This document shows positions 54,281-64,000 of a DNA stretch of 64,000 nucleotides, in pieces. Numbering within the stretch: position 1 is the stretch's first letter; every line of letters starts with the position of its first letter. The position numbers and the translations under genes were made by a program. Location: NCBI GenBank assembly GCA_951406725.2, contig OX597820.1, positions 1,302,001 to 1,366,000 on the forward strand. The letters are read 5' to 3'. This DNA comes from Octopus vulgaris (taxonomy: Eukaryota). The notes beneath the pieces were generated by a model. It worked only from the letters and a program-made list of their open reading frames with translations. It searched no databases and was not told where the DNA came from.

Positions 54281-54987
54281 ACTAAGGTTATTAGTATATC
54301 CCTATCAAAATGTCTAAGTGTCGGTATTCTTCAAGTAAGCATCTTGTTTGTTGTGTATTCTTTTATTTTTGAAATGTCTACGATAAAGAAGCCAGTAATC
54401 CCTACGTTACCAGATATCATTAACTGTGTACAACTACGCTTTGAATAAACTTCAAAACGGTTTGCCTCATTGAAATACCTACTTAATGTCTGAATGCACA
54501 CAGCATAAAGCTTCCTTTTTTTCTTTTCTTTTTCTCTTTTTGTCTGAGAACATCAGTTTTTAAATGTTGATTCCCCTAACGCCAGTTGCTGCTTTGAACA
54601 GATTGTCCTGTTGTAAAAATTTAGGCCAAGTCATCGCTCCAAGGAGAGCTACGTTCTTTCCGGCCACCACTCCCTAAGGCACTCTTTCCTCCTACAAAAA
54701 CCGCAAACATGTGTGGGTGGGTGTGTAAGTGTGTGTGTACGTACATATATACATATAGTTTTTCTACGCATCATGCTGTAATCCACCAGGGTACACATCA
54801 TGAGTGATGTTTCCAGGGGTCATAAGGTGTTTTGGGCCTTTTAACATCCGACACCCTCACCCAAGCATCTTGCCAGGATTGGTCAAGCCCTTGTTTGCAT
54901 CCATTTAGCACAACCTTTGGTAGCACTGCTTCTTCTAGGGCTTGCACCTCCTGATCTACGGCCACCTGGAGGTAACATTTTCTGCCT

Positions 54988-55035
54988 CCTTCCGGCGTAC
55001 AAGACGCACCCCCATATAAGACGCACCCCTATTTT
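54988..55035. mobile_element. pogo/Tigger-type terminal motif
   Basis: ttccggcgtacaagacgcaccc..tataagacgcaccc, a doubled motif typical of pogo-like TIRs. Confidence 0.5.
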
Positions 55036-55428
55036 ACAAATATATTTACTGATGTAAAAAACAAATTTAGTATGTTTCATCATATGTTTATTGGAATATA
55101 TTATAAAGTGGGGTGGGGGTGGGGGGGGACATGCATGGTTCTGTGTTTGTATGACAACCATCTGGAATAAAGTATGAAAACATACGTGTACTGTATTTCA
55201 TTTTTATCTTCTTTCACTTCCTGCCATACAGGATGTAAAACTTGCATATATGGCTGTGATGTTTAGTGTTACTGTGGTTGGCCACCAGGGTGGTGCACCA
55301 CTGCTATGATTTTGTTGTCATCAACTTATTGCAAATGACTGACAGGCAGGTAAAAGTTTAACGTTCCTTTCATGCTTCTTGGAAATTTTCATTTAGATAA
55401 TTGAAATGTGTTTCTTAAAGGTAACACA

Positions 55429-55726
55429 GTCATGAAATAATGTATGACACATATAAGCCGTGTGTTAAGTATGGTGAAGAACGAACATAACAGCCGACGT
55501 ACTATTAGCGATTTTTTGTAGGTTTGTGCTAACAGACTGCAACATTTTGGCTTCTTTTCAAAATGCTTTAATTAGTAACAAATATTGTGCCTAACGAATT
55601 TATGCTTATCTGATTCCCTAGACTACAATACTCACTCTTTAATCCATAATACGGCTGCATTTGATGCAGGGCAGTTTTTGATAGATTTTTAAAATATATA
55701 TAAAGTGTCTTATACGTTGCAAATAC

Positions 55727-55784
<58 letters not shown>

Positions 55785-56206
55785 ACTAATTGTAAAACGA
55801 AATGCACACGTGCGAAAAAAATGTGCTTAATTAAACTAGGAAACACGCACATAAATAATACTCGCCCCCGCCCTAATTACCCAACGGAACTAACCAGTCT
55901 ACCACAAGCAAACCTCGCCCCAGCGAATTTACCAGTGCAAAAGCAAAATTTAATGTAAGAATTACCAATTCGTTTACATTACCATCACATATGTATCAAT
56001 TATTTTCGCATCCTAACCGATGCATCTCTCTATACTCGCATTCTGAAGATATTTACTTAAACCAGTAAATTGAAACGATCGTAAATGCTACCTTCATCTT
56101 TGTTATCTAATTAATTAAAGACATACCAACGAAAACCAATGCGAAGCGCATTGTGATCAGTGATGTGTAGCAACATGTGATAGCCTTGTCGGTAACGGTG
56201 ATCACG

Positions 56207-56269
<63 letters not shown>

Positions 56270-56307
56270 TTCCGTTGTAGCTGGAACAAGTAAGACGTAT
56301 TCTTGTT

Positions 56308-56360
<53 letters not shown>

Positions 56361-56389
56361 CCCGGTGCATCACAGCCTGATGTGTGTGT

Positions 56390-56454
<65 letters not shown>

Positions 56455-56752
56455 ATGAAATAATGTATGACACATATAAGCCGTGTGTTAAGTATGGTGA
56501 AGAACGAACATAACAGCCGACGTACTATTAGCGATTTTTTGTAGGTTTGTGCTAACAGACTGCAACATTTTGGCTTCTTTTCAAAATGCTTTAATTAGTA
56601 ACAAATATTGTGCCTAACGAATTTATGCTTATCTGATTCCCTAGACTACAATACTCACTCTTTAATCCATAATACGGCTGCATTTGATGCAGGGCAGTTT
56701 TTGATAGATTTTTAAAATATATATAAAGTGTCTTATACGTTGCAAATACGAC

Positions 56753-56811
<59 letters not shown>

Positions 56812-57110
56812 CCCGCACATAAATAATACTCGCCCCCGCCCTAATTACCCAACGGAACTAACCAGTCTACCACAAGCAAACCTCGCCCCAGCGAATTTAC
56901 CAGTGCAAAAGCAAAATTTAATGTAAGAATTACCAATTTGTTTACATTACCATCACATATGTATCAATTATTTTCGCATCCTAACCGATGCATCTCTCTA
57001 TACTCGCATTCTGAAGAGATTTACTTAAACCAGTAAATTGAAACGATCGTAAATGCTACCTTCATCTTTGCTTCTTCCTTCTTTGTTATCTAATTAATTA
57101 AAGACATACC
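55429..57110. repeat. Near-identical direct duplication (55429-56127 and 56452-57110)
   Basis: Offset 1023 bp at the start. Differences are mainly (TA)n length, one ~65-bp gap and one ~15-bp indel. Confidence 0.95.
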
Positions 57111-57118
57111 TATATATG

Positions 57119-57182
<64 letters not shown>

Positions 57183-57194
57183 TACACGACGGGG

Positions 57195-57228
<34 letters not shown>

Positions 57229-57239
57229 TACACGACGGG

Positions 57240-57274
<35 letters not shown>

Positions 57275-57351
57275 CATATATATATTATAAAATGAGATAG
57301 GGGTTGAGTTCCTCTGTTTTGCATGTGTAATGTTGCGATAGTACCTCTTAT

Positions 57352-57383
<32 letters not shown>

Positions 57384-57916
57384 TGATTTGGTTGTGTATG
57401 TGGGTATGTCTGTGTGTATGTGTGTGGGTGTGTGTGTATACATATAACTATGTATGTATGTGCGCACGATTTGTAGTTGTGCGTGCGCGTGTGTATGTTT
57501 CCTAGCTAACTAACCGTAAAATTTCCATTGTAATTCAAATTTATAACTATAGGCCAATCGAATCCATCTATGAAAATCAATACCATGCGGGCAGAGGAAT
57601 TCGACTGATTGCGTATATATGTGGATGTCCGCTTGCATTGGACGGTACAGTCGTGGTGCTATTAATATTAATATTAATTTTATTGACTTTTTGTGTAATG
57701 ACACAATTTAATATATTGGACTGTTCAATATATATGCCTGCTTTGAATGTGAGTGTACATGTTGTGTTTCTTGATGTTGATTATGGAACTGTGGAGTTCA
57801 ATATGGAACATTATTGTGTTTGTTGATATATTGATCTATATTGTTTATATTGTATTATTGTGTATATATATATATGTAAGAATATGAGTGTGTATATTTA
57901 TATGTAAATGTTTTTC

Positions 57917-58058
57917 ATACTTGCATTAAATTCTCTGAAGAGGCCGTGAGATATTCTTGTTAATGTCTCATTTATACCTGCTTTATATGGCTAATAGGTT
58001 AAATGAGACATACCTGTCTTCACGGCCGAAACAGCTGTCAGCTACAATGTAAATGTAT
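57917..58058 (+). ncRNA. Type I hammerhead ribozyme with intact catalytic core
   Basis: CTGAAGA 57935-41; stem II GGCCGTGA/TCACGGCC; GAAAC 58028-32; palindromic stem III ACAGCTGT; cleavage triplet GTC (C58039); stem I CT/AG plus TTGCATT/AATGTAA. Confidence 0.85.
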
Positions 58059-58224
58059 TTCTATTTCTATTTCTATGTCTTGTTATATTTGTACTATATT
58101 AATGTATAATATCATTGCTATTGTGTAATGGTTTAATAAAGTATTGATTGGGTATTATCTGATGGTTGATGATTGATTTAGATATATTTCTCCATTTTCT
58201 CATTTTGTATACATATATATATCT

Positions 58225-58467
58225 TGTGGCACTCCGTCGGTTTCGACGACGAAGGTTCCCGTTGATCCAATCCCCGGAACAGCCGGCTCGTAAAATTACC
58301 GTCCAAATGGCTGAGTACTCCACAGAAACTCATACTCTTAACGTAGTTCTTAGAGAGATTCAGCATGACACAGAACGTGACAAAACTGTCCTTTGAATAG
58401 CAGATGCAACTCATTTTTGCAGATTGAGCGGATTGGAGCAACGGGAAATGAAGTGTCTTGCTCAAGG
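58225..58467 (-). mobile_element. SINE family D body
   Basis: Homologous to 32860-33103. Confidence 0.85.
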
Positions 58468-58507
58468 AACCAACTCGCCGAATACTGTAACTTCACTATG
58501 TTTGTGT

Positions 58508-58543
<36 letters not shown>

Positions 58544-58610
58544 ATGTATGCATGTGTGAGTGTGTGTATATATATAAGTATATATGTATGCATGTAAGTA
58601 TATATGTATG

Positions 58611-58644
<34 letters not shown>

Positions 58645-58870
58645 CATATATAAACGCGTGCGCGCGTATGTATGTATGTATATATGTATGCATGTATATA
58701 TGTATGTATGCATATATGTATGTAAGTATATATGTGTGTATATATATATATACACACACGCGAACGTATGTATATATATATGTATATATATGTATGTATG
58801 TATAATATGTATGTATGTATGTATATGTTTGTATGTATATATGTATTATGTTTATATGTATGTATGTGTA

Positions 58871-58938
<68 letters not shown>

Positions 58939-59033
58939 CGGGATGGTTAAAGAAAATAAACAAAAGACGAAGGCAGGTGGAGTACAAACAAACAAATGTA
59001 TTAGTATGGCGCTCAGGAATAGAAATAGAACAA

Positions 59034-59073
59034 ATCTTTTACGTTTCGAGCCTATGCTCTTCGACAGAAAGAT
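59034..59073 (-). ncRNA. Minimal hammerhead motif with variant core, within a short element (58937-59150) in (TA)n
   Basis: ATCTTT-CTGTCGA-A-GAGC-ATAG-GCTC-GAAAC-GT-A-AAAGAT: 6-bp stem I, 4-bp stem II, palindromic ACGT stem III. Confidence 0.7.
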
Positions 59074-59699
59074 ACACAGAAAAGAAACACGGAGAGAAAC
59101 AAGGAGAGAAAAAAATGCGTGTAGGAGCTAACGATCTATCATGGCGTTCTGATATATATGTATATATACATGTATGCATGTATGTTTGTATGGGTGTATA
59201 GTAAGTATATATGTCGGTACGTACATATAAACGCGCGTACACACACACACACCTTCACATATATTCTTCTAAACCAGGTGTTGCTAACGATTTCAGGTAT
59301 ATATGCAATGTGTACAGCTGTGTATTCTGATTCTGTTATCTCCATTCATAGTTTCCTTTCGGGACAAGATATTTATATTCTCTGGGCAGCTGAGTTCCAC
59401 AGCAACACAAGATGTTTGGTTGGCGCTTCTTTCATATTCTCTTCCCCCACGTCTCAAATTACCATATCGTGACTATAACGCTTACCTTTCGGTAAAGCTC
59501 TTGTTTTGCTTATTCCAAAGATATTCCAAATAACTTGATCACGTTTTTCGACACCAACTCAATAATTGTACTCCGCATTCGATATTTTCCGTCCCAACAT
59601 TGGCTTTAACGCTTATATAATCCGTTTTATTCATAACGTGTTTTGTTTTTCGATTGCCAACGTGTTTACACGAATAGGTTTGCAAATGCAGCTTGAAGA

Positions 59700-59905
59700 G
59701 GGTTGTGAGCTGGTAGAATCGTTAGTACGCCGGGCGAAATGCTTAGCGGTCTGTCTTTACGTTCTGAGTTCAAATTCTGCCGAGGCCGACTTTGCCTTTC
59801 ATCCTTTCGGGGTCGGTAAATTAAGTACCAATTGGGTGCTGGGGTCGATCTAACCGACTGGCCTCCTCCCCCAAAATTTCGGGTTTTGTGCCTAGAGTAG
59901 AATAG
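59700..59905 (+). mobile_element. SINE family B monomer
   Basis: Head, core and gtgcctagagtagaa tail. Confidence 0.9.
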
Positions 59906-60148
59906 AGGGAGGCAGCAGCTGTCCTATACCTAGGAGTTTGTTAGTTGTTGAAGATTTCTATTACTTTGTCTATTACAAAATATCTCCTATTCCTACACCG
60001 CCATTCTCCTTTAACTTACTCCACATTTATTTCTCCCCTCTCTCTCTCTCTCTCTCTCTTTAGCCCCATACCTCCCTCTCTCTCACTCTATCTCTTGCTG
60101 CATGTACGCAGATTATGTCTTTCACTCTCTTCAAACGTACGTAACAGC

Positions 60149-60289
60149 TCTTCTTCTTCTTCTTCTTCTTCTTCTTCTTCTTCTTCTTCTTCTTCTTCTT
60201 CTTCTTCTTCTTCTTCTTCTTCTTCTTCTTCTTCTTCTTCTTCTTCTTCTTCTTCTTCTTCTTCTTCTTCTTCTTCTTCTTCTTCTTCT
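60149..60289. repeat. Pure (TTC)n/(GAA)n triplet tract, ~140 bp
   Basis: Read directly. Confidence 0.95.
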
Positions 60290-60520
60290 ACAACCGTACA
60301 TCTGGAGATAATGATCAGCCGACAAAATACCCAACTCACATCTACTCTCAAACCCCCGAACTATCGAGTTTATACATACAAGTACATATTTAGAAACAAA
60401 TAACTATATGTTTATGCGAGCAAACACAAACAACTATAGTCATACAGATCTAAGAGAGTGTGCGTGTGTGTGCATTTGTGTGCGTATACATAGACGGACA
60501 CCTATATTCATACATGTTTG

Positions 60521-60556
<36 letters not shown>

Positions 60557-60569
60557 TTCTTTTAATCTT

Positions 60570-61167
60570 TTATTCTTTTACTTGTTTCAGTCATTCGACA
60601 GCGGCCATGCTGGAGTACCGCCTTTAGTCGAACAAATCGACCTCCAGGACTTATTCTTTGTAAGACTAGTACTTATTTTACTGGTTTCTTTTGCCGAGCC
60701 GCTAAATTACGGGGACGTAAGCACACCAACATCGGTTGTCAAGCGATAGTGGGGGAACAAACACAGACACACAAACACATACACACACACATACTTATAT
60801 TTATATATATATATATATATAAGTATGTATATGTATGTATGTGTGTATGTATGTACGTATGTATATATAGTTGAAATTTACAAAAACAAAAAACAAAAGA
60901 CGACGACAGGTGCATGAACAACAAGCAGGTGTATTAGTTTAACACTCGGGAAAGTGAGAAAGTCTTTTGCGTTTCGAGCCGACGCTCTTCAGCAGAAAGG
61001 AATAAGAAAAAATAAACAGAGAGAGAATATATATATACGACGGGCTTCTTTCAGTTTCCGTCTACCAAATCCAGTTACAAGGCTTTGGTCGGCCCGAGGC
61101 TACAGTAGAGGACACTTGCCCAACGTGCCACCATGTGGTTGGGAAGCAAGCTTCTTACCACGCAACC
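60570..61167 (-). mobile_element. SINE family A with an HHR-family element (60870-61027) inserted in its central microsatellite
   Basis: The two SINE halves flank the insert. HHR-like motif at 60964-60999: CTTT-CTGCTGA-A-GAGC-GTCG-GCTC-GAAAC-GC-A-AAAG. Confidence 0.85.
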
Positions 61168-61197
61168 AGATATATATATATATAAGTACATACATAC

Positions 61198-61261
<64 letters not shown>

Positions 61262-61274
61262 GGATGGATGGATG

Positions 61275-61317
<43 letters not shown>

Positions 61318-61330
61318 TGATGGATGGATG

Positions 61331-61404
<74 letters not shown>

Positions 61405-62446
61405 CAGAGAGACGGAGTGAAATACAAAGCATGCTAGGTTTATAAACTACCCCAGGTGAAGGTGTCAATAAGAAAGAAACAGAAAGCAGGCTATAAATAA
61501 CTATTTGAGGTAAAGTGGGCTTCTATGTTCTTATTTGGTAGTTGCTAAACCATGAAATCTGCTACTTGATACAATATACAGCTAAGGCTGCTGCCCTGAA
61601 GGTCTTCTGTTAAAAACAACGCTTTGCTAAGCCGCCCTCAAGTTACATAATTTACTGGCTTCTAAATATTGAATGAACGAAACACAAGGCAATCCCAACA
61701 TCGCAAGCTTTACACTCGTCTGACTATCGCCGCCATCATTACTGTGACCGGATCGGCTGCTAACACTGATGCTTACCTCCTTCCCACCACTATCTTGGCT
61801 ACTGACGTACGTCGTCAACACCACCATCAACACAATTGGCACATCCTCCGCCAACGTTATGACACCACCACCATCACCACCTTCACCACTAGCTCTCGCT
61901 GCCGCCATCACCGCCTCCGTCGGTGTTCTGCAAATTTGCTTCCACCACCGACGGCCGGCTTGTGGTCACCATTAAAATAATGCGTTATTTTTGTTGTTGC
62001 TGCTTTTCATGATGGTGGTGGTGGTGGTGGTGAGGAGGAGGGGGTGATCTATTTATCGTTATCTTTTTTTACCTGTTTCAGTCATCAGACTGGGCCATGC
62101 TGGGGCACTACCTAGAAGGGGTTTAATCAAACTCGGTGGTTCTCAACCATTTTTTCCCGCCTGTGGAACCCCTTCATCATTATCATCATCATTAGTTAAT
62201 GAATTAATGATGAACTTGTTTCCTTTAAAGTATATATTTCTCTATGTTTTGCTCGACACTGATGTTCATGTTGCTGTTGTTATTGTTTGTTCTGTCCACT
62301 TCACATTTTTGTTTTTGTTCGTGAAACTAACAAACAGGCGCGGATCGTATTTCTATTGTCTTTTTACACATACTTGCGTGTGTGTATGTGTGTATGTATG
62401 TGTGTGTGTATGTGTGTATGTATGTATGTGTGTGTGTGTGTGTACG

Positions 62447-62501
<55 letters not shown>

Positions 62502-63419
62502 GTCTCTTGCTTACACAATCAAATAAATTCCCTCCCCGTCCCATCTCAGTCAACCTAACACCTCTGACAATCACTCTCGTCTCAGCTGTATTTCCTTTCT
62601 GACATCGTCGTCTTGTTACATAAACTCATACAATCGCTGACAAACAAACAAACAAACCATTTAATTCATTCCTTACGCACGACGGTCCCCATGACACGTT
62701 TTTGTGACGTCACGGCTTGCACGTGAGTTGGACGTAATCCAGTGTACCTTATGTGGGAAAACTGCAGACATTGAAAACGGGGGCGGACAAATTGTCATGC
62801 TTAATAAAATTAAAAGGTTTACACTTTTTAAACTTGTCCAACACCATGGTGAGAAGGCGGCCTGCTGGCAGAATCATTGGCACGTTAGACAAAAAGGTGA
62901 GCGGCATATTTTCTGGCTGTTTAAGTTCTGAGTTCAAATCCCGCTGAGTCTTTATTTAGACACCTCTATAGGAGAAGGGGAACTCTGACGTAACACTTGC
63001 AGCTTCGTTTTCATCCAATTATGTAGATTAGTTCTTTTAGAGCAAATACATACGTTGTTTAGTAAATGGGAATGGCTCTGTGCAAGGACTTTTCTTACAT
63101 AAAATTCTTCAAGCACAGGCATCGTTTGCCTTTCAACGTCTCTATTATGTGTTGCATACTATGGTACTATGGCTGGCAGTGGCCGAAAAACAAAAGGCAA
63201 AAGGCTCAATAAAACATCCCGTGATGGAGTGAAGGTAGGTGACAGCGTAGGTGGGAACTCTCCGGACGTGTATGGGTTTATCGTGGCCACATCGTTAATT
63301 GTAGATAAGAGAGCAGATCCCAGGTAGGACTGAAAAACTACATCCACGCTGCTTTAAAAAAACAGTAAAGCGATGGCACAGTTCGAAATCGAGTGGAAGC
63401 CATCATATAAATAGATCCA

Positions 63420-63747
63420 TGTATACATACATACATACATACATACATACATACATACATACACACACGCATACAAACACGCATACATACACGCATAATA
63501 CACACACACATGCATGCTTGCATACATACACACACATACATACAAGCATAAGTTCATATATATATACATTCATACGTACATACACACACACATACATACA
63601 TACACACACACATACATACATACATACATACATACATACATACATACATACATACATACATACATACATACATACATACATACATACATACATACATACA
63701 TACATACATACATACATACATACATACATACATACATACATACATAC
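63420..63747. repeat. (TACA)n microsatellite
   Basis: Read directly. Confidence 0.95.
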
Positions 63748-64000
63748 GTCGTACATAATAAATCTATATACTCGTGTGCATACGCATGGTATGTGCATAT
63801 AAATAAAAATTGAACAGCATATATTTTTTTTTCTTGTTTCAGCTTAGAGCTGCGGCCATGCTGATGCACCGCCGTTTTGTGCTACACTGTTATTATCTAA
63901 TATGTGGCACTTGGTGAAGAATGGAGTTTGATGCAGCTACTCTCATTTGCATCTCTTGCCGTGAGGTAGGTTCATCTGGGACTCTCGACATGAAGATGTC

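Noticed and set aside
61627-61980. GC-richer ORFs on both strands
   Set aside because: Degenerate CAC/CGC triplet sequence with no recognisable protein.
63150-63400. LINE C-terminal zinc-knuckle remnant (SRSQVGLKN)
   Set aside because: Too degraded to support a call.

Overview
AT-rich eukaryotic DNA dominated by microsatellites and transposons. The tRNA-derived SINE families and the repeat landscape suggest an octopus genome; this is an inference. No intact protein-coding gene is recognisable, and almost all listed ORFs are translations of microsatellites or SINEs. The coding remnants I can identify are an internally deleted mariner (71-1142), an RTE-type LINE fragment (18800-19800) and a CR1/Jockey-group LINE 3' end (53700-54280). 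The main signal is a dispersed set of short fold-back elements, many inserted in (TA)n or (AAT)n tracts, with asymmetric tails shared between families. Several carry hammerhead-ribozyme (HHR) motifs, as expected for non-autonomous Penelope-like elements. One HHR has a fully intact core (57917-58058), one family has a variant CUGYYGA core, and one element joins a tRNA/Pol III head to an HHR (10297-11393). CpG decay also appears stronger left of about 25-27 kb, just after a candidate terminal exon at about 24.6 kb.
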